Of a stretch of DNA of 64,000 nucleotides, positions 28,406 through 41,041 are shown piece by piece. The notes beneath the pieces are model-generated. The model had not been told where the DNA came from. It searched no databases and was given only the letters and a program-made list of their open reading frames with translations. A program made the position numbers and the translations under genes. How positions within the stretch are numbered: position 1 is the stretch's first letter; each line of letters begins with the position of its first letter. Origin of the DNA: Dimorphilus gyrociliatus (Eukaryota > Animalia > Annelida); NCBI GenBank assembly GCA_904063045.1, contig CAJFCJ010000007.1:3355404-3419403 (forward strand), read 5' to 3'.

Positions 28406-31400
28406 CAGAACGAGGAAAAGGATGAAAGAATATCGCTTGATTTTCTACCTGTATATTATATATCTTATGTATAGTCTCTTTGATTTAATTAACGTCTCTC
28501 TCAACTATATTAAGTAAATTAATTATTTCCCTTCCCTTCAGCGGGGGCATAACCCTTTTATCTCAATGCTTATCTTGTTTATACACGTCTTTTAAAATGG
28601 TAAATAGTATTTTTATAATAAGCCTTAAGGATTTATTTTCACTCAAGATAAGTTCGCTCATCATCTTTCTGTACCTCTGCTCTTTATGAAGAATTTCTTA
28701 TTATTTCTTATTATTTCATATATACAATTAACCTCGATTAATTAATTAATTAGTTAATTAATTAATCAATCACCATATTCGTTTAATACGATATTTGATG
28801 TCTACACATGCGTATATAATACAATATGAGTTACACTGTATATTATAAAGTGATTTTCTTATTGTTTCATTTATAGATATAGACCTAATTCTTTTTTATA
28901 TTTCAATTTATAGTATAGATTAAGTAATTTATTACACTTCCTCTTTATTTATATAATTGATAAGGCCTATAGCGAAAAATGTATAATCTAAACCAGAGAT
29001 ACGTACAGAATTAATGATGGAATCTGTAAGGAATGTTACGATTTTTTAACGAAAGATACATTTTCTATTATCTTGTTCTTATAACGGTCAAGTATATATA
29101 TAAACTATCTAACCAATGCCATTTCGAAAGAGAAACTATTGAAATAATTCAAATTCCTTCTACTTATCCTACATTCAAATTCACTTTTTAATCTATTTTC
29201 AAGCCACGGGGTGGCGCGTTTGTTCAATTTTTTTTTCCATCACTCTATTATGTATATAACCATGTTACTTTAGTTAAAAAATTCTTATTAAAAACTCATT
29301 TCATCAAAGTAAATGGACATTAAAAAGATGAAATTGAATAGATTCTTCTCGTGTTAAAACGTCTCTCTTTTTACTCCTTTACCCTTCTCCTATAGTTAAA
29401 TGATGTTTATCGTTTTATTACGACTACAGGCCTATAACGATTTATAGCATTATACGTAAAAAAATTATTAGAACAGCCTGAGGACTTTATTACCGGTCAG
29501 CTCTTGCCTTCCACCCCTACCCCCCACCGCTACTCTAAGGGTTACGATATCCCGAAGGCAAAGATGTTGGATAGAATGTACGTAAAGGGGTATAACTGAA
29601 ATTCTAGTGATATAAAAGTAAAAGAACCTCCTCGGAGTGGGTGTTTCTCTCGATGGGGTGTTCTAATGACAACTGCCAAAGGCATTCCAACAAATCTCTA
29701 CTTCTCTTTCCTCCCCCTAAACGTATTCCCACCCACTACCCCTTTTTAACCTTTTATTCCAATTTTCACCTTCTCCCCTTACTCCCATTTCCCTTATTGG
29801 TATTCGATCGTTATAATTTGAAACAAGAATAACCTAATTAAAATAACTATGAGAGGATTGGAGAGAGAGAGAGAGAGAAAAGGGCAATGATGAAAGAAAC
29901 GAAGAAAAAATAAAAACAATGAAATAGCGGTATTCATGAATATTTAATTATAATACTATACAAACAAGAGTACATTAGCAATAATAAAATTAGTTATTAA
30001 TATATCCAGCGTTTCCATTTTTAGCTGTTATAGACTTATTTCTATAGGTTAATATAGGATTTATATATCTATATAAATATATACATATACTGTATACTAT
30101 ATCTATATATCATTTTATCATGCTCTGTAACTAATAAATTTAATTAGTTAGCGTTCAATTTATACTGAATTCACTAAAACAAGCATCTTAGGTATTTCTT
30201 TCCATTCCCCACTCACCCGCTCCTCTTACTCTCTTTGCAGAGTTTTATAATAAACTGTATATACTGTATAAAAGAATAGGGTATTAGTTTTTTTTACAGT
30301 TGAGTTGAGAAATATAGAAAATGAAAAACAATATTGTTTACGCATTCCTCGCTGCATTCATCGCTCAAATCAACTATTTTTCCCTCTCTTTTTAACCTGA
30401 TTAGAAGGCAGGGGAGTGGCGGAGAGGGGAGGGGGCGAAAAAAGTTGAAAAGTTGAGACGGGAGAGCAAGAGTGGGAGAGAGATTTAACTTATATGTTTC
30501 TTCTCTTCTTCTTACCTTTACTTAGCATCTTTACGATCTTTCTTCTATTCTAGTAAACAAATAAACAATGTTAATGAAAACAAATTAAAATTCTTCTCCT
30601 CCCTCTTCCTTTCTTTTTCCGACATCTTCCATTTCAAATCTCCTCCCTCTCTCTTTCCCTCCCTCCCGCTACCTTCAATCTTCTGTTTTCTCATCTTACG
30701 ATCAAACTTTTAACCTTTTCCTATCTTCAGTTAAATTCAATAACTTCCATATTGTTAACAGACAAGAACCTTTCGCTCCTTTACAAATAAAGTACGGAGA
30801 GTACTGTATATACTGAAATCTATGTTCGACAGTTGTAAATCTTCTCTCTCTCTACGCCCACAAAAATATTCGAGTTGTAGATATCTAGTAAATAATAGAG
30901 ATAAGAACATTGTTTACATACTTGTTTGGGCAAATAGACAACAGATGGCGGCAGAGTAGCAAACACCCCCTTCCCCCAGAGAAGAAAAGAGAAATAAAAG
31001 CAGTAAATATTAGAGAAGGAGGGTTGAGTAACAAGAGAAGAGTATTATTCATTGAAAAAGATTTATTTCAACTAAATGAATGACGTACTTTTTAATTGAT
31101 TGAGTGACGTTAAATAACAACTTCCTATATTTTACTTTCCTTCCTTTCTTTAATTTGGAACCCACGCAAAACGAACTTAATTAATAGAAGATACACAAAA
31201 AGGAGAACAAAAAACAGAAAGCTAGAGAGAGAGAGAAAGAAAGAAAGAAATAAATAAATAAATATTCACAATGATAAAGAAAGAAGAGAAAAAGAAAAGG
31301 GATATACAATCTCCGAGTTTTGTCATTTAATTTATAGTTTTAACATCTAAACAATAGAAGAAAGAGAAAGAAAAGAGAATATCATTCGCTTCTATCATTG

Positions 31401-31980
31401 AAAAATTACGAAATCCGTCACGTTTAGACGCTAATATCAAATTGAAACGTTTAACTTATCCCAGTCAACCAAGATTCCGTCACCTATTTCCTTCTGATAG
31501 AAGTTGAAGAAAATCTTTCTTCCCTTTTTTTCTTCTTATCTATTAGGTATTTGAAAGATATTTGCTGAGTAAAACAGTTTTAGGCCTTGTTGGTATGAAT
31601 GACTATAAATAATACATAAAACTATATAAACTCATGATTGATGAATGAAGGGGATAGAAGAAATTAAGGTTATGAATGACAATCAAATGAAACTAAACAA
31701 CTACTAAACGGCCTATTTAATAGTCATAGAGCTCATAAGAAGTAATCTAAATAATGGTGTATTATATAACATAAATATGTTAAGCATATACGGCACATAT
31801 GGTTATGTATTAGTATCTGTACAGGTATTTTATAAACTATAATAACATATTGTATGTACTCCTTCTGTTATATATCTATGTATATATATATATATATAAA
31901 TATATATATTAGACGCAAGAGGAGTCTATGCATATTTTATAGAGAAATTAATGAAGCAATTAGCATATTCGAAGGAAGAC

Positions 31981-32047
31981 TATTTAAATAGACTATGTGA
32001 CGTCGTTTCGTTTATTACAGTTCACTTTTCAACAGACAAAGATACAG
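31981..32047 (+). promoter_or_regulatory. Core promoter and non-coding first exon of the neuropeptide gene
   Basis: TATTTAAATA 31981-31990, CRE-like TGACGTC 31998-32004, Inr-like TACAGTT about 35 nt after the TATA, donor CAG|GTAGGA at 32048, and matching acceptor tttcttttttcag ending 32455, 27 nt before the ATG. Confidence 0.5.
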
Positions 32048-32482
32048 GTAGGATAAGTTAAAGTAAATTTCTTTTTTCTATCTCTTCCCTTTCTCATATT
32101 TTCAAAAGAAAAGAATAAAATAAGTAGGGAAGAGAGGATGAAGAAAAGAAACTTTTTTCTTTTGCTCTTTTACATTTCTTTCCTCTCTGTATCATTCTAA
32201 ATTAATGAAAAATAAAAAATGAAATTCCCTATCTTTTATTATATAAATCTAATTATTTTATCTATGTATCTCTGTATAGATAAAGATAACATTTTTTGTT
32301 TTACCTTTAACTTTCGAATATTAAAAGGAAGTATAAGTACTTCCGACTCTAAATGATATCTCTGCTTCAAGATTTGATAGCTGATCTATATATATATATA
32401 TATATATATGCATATGTAATTGTAACTTTTAGTGTAGTTTCAATTTCTTTTTCAGTCTCAATTCTTTTACCATCAACAAGCT

Positions 32483-32812
32483 ATGACGAGCTTTAAACTC
32501 ATAACTTTTGTTACCTGTATCCTACTCTTAAACTTCTCCGAGGAGCGTCCACTATTTGAAGATAATGACAACCTTAATTTAGAAGATTTTCGTCAATTTG
32601 TAGATTGGCAAAGTATAGCAAAAAACTTGGCAAAACGTCAACCAAATTGGATGAAAGATGACTTATCAAGGTTTGGACTATTACAGCCATTTCGTCACCT
32701 GGATCCCGCCAACGATGAGGTTGCTAGACATAGATCGAATATGAGAAATTTAAAGAAAAGAAGCGTTTCCCAAGTTGGGAAAAGGCTTAATCGTATGAGA
32801 ACAAGGATTTAA
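32483..32812 (+). CDS. Secreted neuropeptide/prohormone precursor, 109 aa, family not recognised
   Basis: Hydrophobic signal peptide MTSFKLITFVTCILLLNFS, basic cleavage sites KR, KKR and GKR, Gln after KR (possible pyroGlu) and Gly-Lys-Arg amidation signal. AATAAA near 33078. Confidence 0.8.
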   Translation: MTSFKLITFVTCILLLNFSEERPLFEDNDNLNLEDFRQFVDWQSIAKNLAKRQPNWMKDDLSRFGLLQPFRHLDPANDEVARHRSNMRNLKKRSVSQVGKRLNRMRTRI

Positions 32813-33449
32813 TTGATTAACAGGACAAAAATGTATCAGTTCGCATAATTAACTTATTTAATTAATTAGTACTCTTCGCCTTTTGTTTCTTTATGTTTTA
32901 AATGTAAAATCATTTTCTTAATATACTCTTTATTACTACAACAACAGCAGATTCTCTTCTTCTTCTTCTTCTCAAACTGTAGTATTCTATCCGGATATCT
33001 TTTTCTTTCAATAATCTTCGACTTTATAACCTTTGCCAAGCCTTATCCTAAACCTTTTTAACCCTTTTATATTTCTAATAAACGTGTTTTGTTTATTCGC
33101 ATATCGATTTGTATAACAATGTAAATGGAAAAAGCATTTCAACGTTTAAAAAAATTGAGTGAGCAAGAGACAGAGAGGGAGAGAGAGAAGCGTCAACAGC
33201 TTTCCCCGTTATTTTTACCCGTTCATAACTCCAATTAAGGAGATATTTCAATGGAAGTTTCTAGTTTAAACCTAAAACCCTGTTATTTACATTTAGTAAA
33301 TATTTCCAGTGACATTTCTCTTTTCCTTATCCTTGATTTATATTCTAACTAAAAGACACACCGTATTTCCTTAAATTTTCTTGATTTTTAATGATTTTTT
33401 TCTTGTTTAATAAAGTCTCCCTTCCCCCTTCATATCAAGACGTTAGAGA

Positions 33450-33463
33450 CTGCCATCTGACGG
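33450..33463 (-). promoter_or_regulatory. CTCF-like motif between the neuropeptide gene and the GPCR gene
   Basis: Reverse strand reads CCGTCAGATGGCAG, close to the CTCF core. Confidence 0.45.
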
Positions 33464-34161
33464 TAATATCCTTCTATCTGTAAGCCCTCCTGTGGTTCTC
33501 TTTCGTTTCATTTCTTATCGTTAGGAGTAGTTGAAAGAGAAGAAAATACTTTCCCACTTTTCAATAAGAAGAAAAAGAGATTAAATTACCTTAATTTCTC
33601 AAAATAACAAAATATAATCTACTCTGTTGCTCTCAAATAAAAAAATAGACGCCTTTTGTGATGACAACTAGGGTGGTTGATTACTTGCCTAATACTCAAT
33701 TTATTTTGCGCTTTAATTAAAAATAGACGCCAAAAGTGCTTTAATTATTCGAAACAATTTTTTACGACATAAATATATAGTATATTCTATCTACTACATT
33801 TACACATATGAACTCTCTCTCTCTCTCTAGATTTTCAAGTATGAAAAGATTCGATAGGTGGATATAAGGACGGGGCTTGTGAGAAGCGTCTCCTATTAAC
33901 AATATCATAAACTGGAAAAGCAGTAAACTAGAGACACCTGTCGTCAATATACCTTTATGGCCTGTCTAGCGTTGAGGGCGCGAAAAGTTGTTCCGACGTT
34001 GCAGTTGTTAATTAACATTTCTCTCGGTAAGTACAATTTTTCTCATTTTCTTTACCTTTTCCGTACAACTATTTTCCCTTCGTTTAGCAAGATACAACTG
34101 TTTCTAAAGATAGTTAAACCTTTTCATCAGTCTTTTTCGGCGTTCCGTCCAAACTTCTCTA

Positions 34162-34164
<3 letters not shown>

Positions 34165-34207
<43 letters not shown>
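34165..34207. repeat. (CT)n/(AG)n microsatellite, representative
   Basis: Uninterrupted CT run; a comparable (AG)n tract lies at 38702-38752 and many shorter ones occur throughout. Confidence 0.95.
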
Positions 34208-34209
<2 letters not shown>

Positions 34210-35400
34210 CCTTCCTTCTTGCCTCCATCTCCTTTCATTTACTCTACTACTGTTTCGCTATACGATCTCCGATACAATCGACCACACAAACTATTCAATC
34301 ATATAAGAAAATATTAGACAGAGGAAGAGAGAGAGAAAGAGAAATAAAGAAATTTTTCTTTCGATAAATAACAAAATACTTATTCTATTCAGTTGATTAA
34401 CAATTAATCGTTAACAGCGTGAAAGTTAATAGATCAATTTCAACTGTTTATAAGGGGGAAAAAAATCAGTGCCTTTGAAGATAAAACGCCAAGGAAAGCT
34501 GACAAATAATTCGTTTCGGAAGTGTTAAAAAGAAATATTTTACATGTATTTTATTAGATCAAGCGAATAAACAGATGTTTGTATTTAAAATCAATGTAGA
34601 TTTAATTGATTAAAGATACCAAAATCATTAAAGTGTAGAGATTAGGAAAAATGAATTTAAATATATGACAAGAAACGTTCTACATACAATTTATTATAGG
34701 ATGTTAGAGGGGAAGGAACAAGGTGGTAGAGGAGAATTGATAATTTAGGCCTAACTGTTTGAATCGTGTTCTTCCCTTAAATATTCCGCATTAAAACAAA
34801 AAATTGTGAACCTTTAATCGATGACGTAATTAATAATATTGAGAGTAGAAAGAAAAGACGATCCTAACCCTTCAATAGATGGATAAGTGGTGAAGAATAG
34901 ATTGAAGTATTCGTTAGGAACAAATAAAGGAGAGAGGAATGAAGATTTTGTAAAACGCTTTGAAATCTAGATTGAAATGAAGATAACAAGATATGACAAG
35001 GTGGAAGATGGAGAAAAAAGAAATAAATGGATAAGTTAAGAGATGAAAATAGAAAACAGGGAAATAATTAAGGAAGGAAGAAGATATTAAAATAGTCTTT
35101 GATATTGAAAAGAGCGTCCATTTTTCTCTATCCTGTAGTTAATTTATTTAAAATATCTTCCTGTATATTCCCGACGTTTAGAAGAAATAATAAGCATATA
35201 ATAACCTACGGTTTACATATTCGATTAACCGCCTATCCGCCTACTCGCTTAACAAATCGGCAAATACAAAAAAAATCTCTCTCTGTTCAATAATAAACCG
35301 CCTTTTTCACCCGCCCATTACATTGACCTTGTCTTTCCACCCTCTTTCTTCTTCCAAATGCGGATAGTACGCGATAGTAGGAGCATATACACTCCCTCTG

Positions 35401-35437
<37 letters not shown>

Positions 35438-35768
35438 CCACTCCCTCTCTCTCTTTCATTCACACTTGTCAACCTCCTTTTAGGTCTACAGCAAAAATTC
35501 CTTTTTTTAAAATATATACTTCCTTATTTCCTTTGAAGGGCAAAGGAACATTGGAGTCGGCTATCGATGTTTTTGACGTTTCTCGTTTTATCTCTATAGG
35601 CCTATATTGTTTTCATTCTAAATTCTTTGCGGAAAACGCTGTGTACATACTAAACGCTGGCGGGCATCGAAGGGGCGTACGAAGTTTTTATGCTTAAATA
35701 TAGGCCTAAGTATTAAAATGTTTCTTTTTCTTTCTCTAGAACCTGGTGTTTTCTTTTATTCAAAATAG

Positions 35769-37073
35769 ATGGGGCCGTTGCCTTTCAAGAATTTAACGTC
35801 AAATGAAACGTCACCAGTCGATTATGATGACGCTTTGCTGAGGGAAGTACTGGATCGTTTAGTAACTCCAGTATTGTGTTCGTTAGGCGTCATCGGAAAT
35901 CTATTGAATTTATACGCTTTGAGCGTTGTTCACTTCTACAAGTCATTGAACGGTGTAAGGCATAAAGAAACGGCAACTCACTTTGGCTTAGTGACACTAT
36001 CCATTTCCGACATATTCTTTTGCCTCTTCCTAATCCCACGCTCGTTTACAAACACAAAGGCATCAATGTTCTCCGACTGCGATAATACATTCTCTGGCTA
36101 TTATCAAATGTATAGCACGGCGTTAATAAGCACCTGTCTTACTAGTAGCACCTGGATAACCGTTGCGATGGCCCTTTTAAGATACGCCGCCATATGCCAT
36201 CCATTCAGCGCCGTAACGTTCAGTGGGAGGTCGGCATCTAAGATAGCCTATGGCGTCGTTCTACTATCTTCCATAATATTTTGCCTACCATTGTTTTGGG
36301 AGTACAAAACTCACGTTATTCCTTCAACAAAAGACAATTGCAAAGACTATATTTTAGACGTAGGCTATATGAACTACAGTAAGACTCCTGGTCAAATTTA
36401 CCTTTGGATTAAAGTGGTTGTAGCTACATTCATTCCGGCCATACTATTAGCTTTCTCGAATTTGGCCTTAATCCGAGCCCTGAGGCGTTCTTACCGGATG
36501 AGGAGATTATGTCATGTACGATCGGACACGACGACAGTCAGTTCTCGAGTAACTCTGACACTAATTGTTATCGTTGTCGCTTTTATAGTTTTAGTATTTC
36601 CAACCGAATTGATGGATTTCTTTGTGCATATTTTGGTAAATAACGAAACCACCGAACAATTCTTGATTGCTAGATCGGTAGCAAATCTCCTACAAGTATT
36701 CAATTTCAGTTCAAATTTCCTTCTCTACTGCGCACTTAACCCTATGTTCAGAAGCGTCATTTGCGATTTGGTTAGATGCAGGTATTAATCAATTAAAAAA
36801 ACTTAAATAAGCTATATTTATATCATATTTGACAACTTTCCCCATTATTTATTTAAAATCTATAGGAAGCTGTCTAGAACAAGACAAGCTATGCCTAACG
36901 AAGATGTCAGAAACGTTTCTTCACGATTTACCAACGTAACGGCAACTGCTGTTGGAAGAAAGAAATCATTTACAACTGCCAACCATCCAAATGAACATAC
37001 CAAGTTCTTAGATACTTACGCTTCGAACTATCCAATGGAAACACTGGACAGAAGTTCCGAATGTTATAATTGA
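35769..37073 (+). CDS. Rhodopsin-class peptide GPCR of the FMRFamide/sex-peptide-receptor-related group, about 406 aa, 2 coding exons
   Basis: Exons 35769-36781 and 36866-37073 (84-nt phase-2 intron). Seven hydrophobic segments with GVIGNLLNL (TM1), LSISD (TM2), ALLRYAAICHP (TM3), VFP (TM6) and NFSSNFLLY..NPMFR (TM7). A probable 5'UTR intron runs from donor G|GTAAGT 34027 to the acceptor ending 35739. Confidence 0.92.
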
Positions 37074-37783
37074 CTTAGCGTTTCTTTTTCTTTTCTTTTT
37101 TGCTGATGAATACTGAAAAAAAAGAGATTATTCTTATATTTGAATAGATAAAAAAGGGTCAGACAAAAACGTTAATTCTCACAATCTGGAGCCATTTCCC
37201 TCCTCTTACGAACTCTTTTCTTTTTCTCTTTCTACTTCTTCTTTATAGTCTTTATTCCTTTCTCTTTCGACGTCTTTTCCATTAATTAGTAATTTACCAT
37301 CATTCTTTATCAAATTGACCTTTATAAGCCTATATAACGATTAAGAATCAATTCAAAAGAAAGAGAAATAATGCCTGATAAAAAGGTGACAGAGTAGAGA
37401 AGGTTATATTATATCTATTTAGGCTTTTCCTCCTCTCCTTCTTTCTTTCTATCTTTCTCTCTTCAAAGTAGGTTTTCTTTCTTTTAATTAGAAATTTTAT
37501 TTAAACAATCTTATTTAAAATTTACAAATAGATGACGCTACGTGTTAAAAAAAAAAAGCAATCTCCTTCTTAACTTTGTCGCTATGAATAGGCCTACTTA
37601 TTGGTTGCTATGTACGACTCGATTACAAGAGATCAGACGAATAGTTGGGTATTTTCCTATTAATTTTATATTGAAAAACACACCAAAGGTTTGATTAAAA
37701 GTAAAATATTAAAAAGATTATAATAAAAAAGGTATTTTTAGGTTAATTAACATTTAATTTAAATAATAAAGCATTAAATTAGT

Positions 37784-38455
37784 ATGTCAAAGACGGAGAA
37801 TAGTGGAAAGAAGAAAAACCTGTTACAGCGTACAGCCGATAAATTAGGAAGAAAAAAGAAGAAAAAATCCAAAACTGGTAAATCAGCTGCAAAAGAGAAA
37901 TCCGATAGTAATGATATCGAATCTGGTAGATCTACAGAAATAGATTTTACTTGCGAAAATGAACCGGAAACTCTAGTATCCTCTAAGAAATTACATAATA
38001 AACCTGTTATTAAAAAAGATGGACAATCAAAGAAAATTTCAACTGAAGCAGATTCCAATCGAAAATCCAAATACGCTTCCATTCCCGTAACTACTGTGTC
38101 AACAATAACAAAAACGCTGTCACCAACCTCAGCGCCTGCAAGTACGACGACCACTTCCAATAATAGAGCCAAATTCTCCCTAGACACGCTAAGATGGGAA
38201 GGAAAATTGGGTGATCCGGTTGCGGAGGATAAGCGCATCGAGGATTATAAGGAGAAAAGGAGACGCAGATACGAAGAGGCTGCCTATAAATTGGGTGTAC
38301 TATCTGTAAATTCTATTAATCCTGCTCAAGAAGTACAAAAAGTTAATCTACCTGGATTAACAATATCGCAACAAGCCGATTCAAAACTTAATAGATCAGT
38401 TCAATCCGTAAATTTGCCATCTCTCGTTAATCATACGCCAATTTCTTCGTATTAA
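37784..38455 (+). CDS. LIAT1: LIAT1-domain protein (ligand of ATE1-like), 223 aa, intronless
   Basis: N-terminal poly-Lys (RKKKKKSK), low-complexity S/T/K linker, then LRWEGKLGDPVAEDKRIEDYKEKRRRRY. This matches from memory the Liat1/CCER1-type domain (LRW[DE]G.L.DP.AE..R...YK..RR.RY). Confidence 0.7.
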   Translation: MSKTENSGKKKNLLQRTADKLGRKKKKKSKTGKSAAKEKSDSNDIESGRSTEIDFTCENEPETLVSSKKLHNKPVIKKDGQSKKISTEADSNRKSKYASIPVTTVSTITKTLSPTSAPASTTTTSNNRAKFSLDTLRWEGKLGDPVAEDKRIEDYKEKRRRRYEEAAYKLGVLSVNSINPAQEVQKVNLPGLTISQQADSKLNRSVQSVNLPSLVNHTPISSY

Positions 38456-38701
38456 ATGCCTTTATTCTTAATATAATTAATTCTTATTTTCTTTTGTTTT
38501 ATAAATAAAACAATAATCAATTGCTGCTTCACCTAATTAACAGGATCATGCGATATTTTAGATATTTGTTGTTAATGTCAGATCTTCTCCCTTCTCTCTC
38601 TCTCCCGTCCAGCTCATTGATCAATCTTATTCATGATTAATAAGATTAAACTTTCCTCCTAATGGTAGGATGGAAGGAGGTAAGAAAAGGGACAGACAGA
38701 C

Positions 38702-38756
<55 letters not shown>

Positions 38757-39280
38757 TGCTAAAGAATAGGACTAATTCAAGAAATATAATCTATTTGTTC
38801 AAAAATTTCATGGCATTCCCTAAATTGACTTTGGAAAAAAAACTATATTAATATATAATAATATATATTTATATAAAAAGAGATACTAACGTTACGTTGG
38901 GACAGGTGCAAAAATAGGCCTATAATCTCGTGCCCTAAAACGCAAATATTTGTAAGGGAAATAGGAGGAGGAGTGGTTAAAAAAAAATCGTGGGAGAGGG
39001 ATCACCTTACGCAAAATGTTGGATGTTATCATTTTATTCTACTCTTCAATTGGCCTTTAACCCTCCTTAAGCAGTAAAGGTCCCTTTCAAGAGTAACACT
39101 CTTTATTTAAGACTTACGTAAAGAAGAAAGGAGATTACCGTTTTCTTAATACAATCGTATTTATCCTCTTATTCATTTATTAGGATTCATAAAGAAAATA
39201 AAAACAAAAAATATAACAAAGCTGTACAAGAGAATAGTTTATAAAATCTGCAATATTCCAATCTTTCTTTCATTAATTAA

Positions 39281-39954
39281 TTAGTACGGAGAGTAGGCTG
39301 CCCTGTGTTCAAGTAGATTTTGCGGTACGTAATCCGAACGAGTCGACAAAGCAAAGGGGCTTGTAAATTGACAATCGGGATGAACGTACGAGTAGGGTAC
39401 GACAGGAGCCTGAGGGGTTTGATGAAACCACGGAGCAATTTGGTGAAGTGGACGAACTTCGAAAGGCTTTTGACAGACCACCTCGTTAAGCTTGTCTTCG
39501 CTGTAGGCAGCATCTTGTTTACCTCTCCTCTTTAGACGTCCTCTACGATTTTGGAACCAAACCATGACTTGTTTAGCTGTTAGTCCTAGTTCCTTGCCCA
39601 ATTTTTGTCTTTCATCTCGACTGATAAAAGTAGACTCGCTAACAGAATAACGAATGATTATTATTATTATCAATAACTGGGACAAAAATTCTATAGTATA
39701 TCTTCTACTTACAGAAATTTATTCTCCAGGGCTTCAACCTGAGCTCTAGTGAATGTTGTTCGTGCTTTTCTGACTTTGCCAATTTTATAAGGTGAATCAG
39801 GAGGAGTTTTTCCAGCTAGAACGTGAGTACTATCCGCTTCAGCAAAAGATTTCGCTTTATTGCTACGAAGTTTTTCTTCAACGGCACAAGCCGATCTTAA
39901 CTCGGCTTCGGCATGAAATTCGTTAGAATAAAAGTTAAATGTTTCTCCATCCAT
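39281..39954 (-). CDS. Divergent ANTP-class (NK-like) homeobox protein, about 199 aa, 2 exons
   Basis: Exons 39954-39713 and 39638-39281; a 74-nt GTAAGT..TTAG intron splits homeodomain codon 21. Spliced homeodomain: VRKARTTFTRAQVEALENKFLESTFISRDERQKLGKELGLTAKQVMVWFQNRRGRLKRRG. Confidence 0.9.
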
Positions 39955-40999
39955 TTTCCACACAGAAATGACGAATAATTCCCAACTGGAGCCATTATGT
40001 AAGATTCAAGTCAAGCGACGAAATTAATAAGACCAACGAACCAAACAACTTTGAAGTTGAACAAACCGTTTGTTCAACCATTCAAATAATAGTAAATTTG
40101 GCCATTGTTTTCCCTCAAACCAACCTTTAAAAAGGTAAATAGAAGTAGCTATCCTAAGCGGCTACTTTAATAAAATGTTTTATGCAATAAGACAGAGAGA
40201 GAGAGAGATAGAGAGAGACGGATGAGGGGAAGAAAAAAAAACAAAACAAAACAAAAAGAGACGCCCGATATTCTAAACGTTGTAAACGTTAGTTTTGATT
40301 ATAATTAATATAAAAGGTAAACATCAAGCTATCCATTTATATAGGAAATAATCATTAGGTTAATATATAAGGCATTAAACAGTCCGCTTTCTAGGAAAAT
40401 AAACAACTGCACATAGTTAATTATCATTTTCCAGTTTATATATTCATATAAAAAAAGCAGCAAAATTTTCTACAATTATGCTCATCTTTCCCTAATTGAT
40501 GTCTATAGGGAGAAGACCACGCAAAGCTTGTTTATACTCTTTGCACGTACTAATAACAATGTACTTGATAGTCATCTTTTTCACGCCATTAGATTGTTTA
40601 ATTTTTTTTACTACCTAATTTACATAATTTCTTAAGCCTATAATGTAGGCTAATTCATTAATAAAAAACTATGTAATGTATAATATAGATAGATAGATTG
40701 ATAGATAGAGAGAGAGAGAGAGAGAAACTTTTAATTACGCGAAAAATACGGAACTCTCCTTACGTAATTATGATGTAATGAAATGTGGGTAGCAAGCAGA
40801 GGTTTGAAGGGTGTTGAAATTCTCTAAGGGTAGCTATTTAATGATAAGAAATCAGTGAAAATTTCAGATTTTATTTATTTATAAGAGCTAATTGAGGGTA
40901 TAATGTAACAGTTTGCTTTAAAAAAGAATGGAATTTTTCGGCTTTTACTAAAAGGAAAACGAACTAATTATGGAATTTTATATTACCCTTTTCTACCCT

Positions 41000-41041
<42 letters not shown>

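Noticed and set aside
29500-29695. Complementary segments (TTGCCTTC/GAAGGCAA, TGTTGGA/TCCAACA) suggesting a structured ncRNA
   Set aside because: I recognised no SRP, snoRNA, snRNA or RNase MRP signatures, and 7-8 bp matches are expected by chance.
32663-32790. Resemblance of DLSRF to prohormone-4 (IDLSRF) and of KKRSVS to the parathyroid hormone cleavage site
   Set aside because: There is no LDL-receptor class A cysteine domain as in prohormone-4, and the SVS peptide ends at GKR after five residues. The matches are too short.
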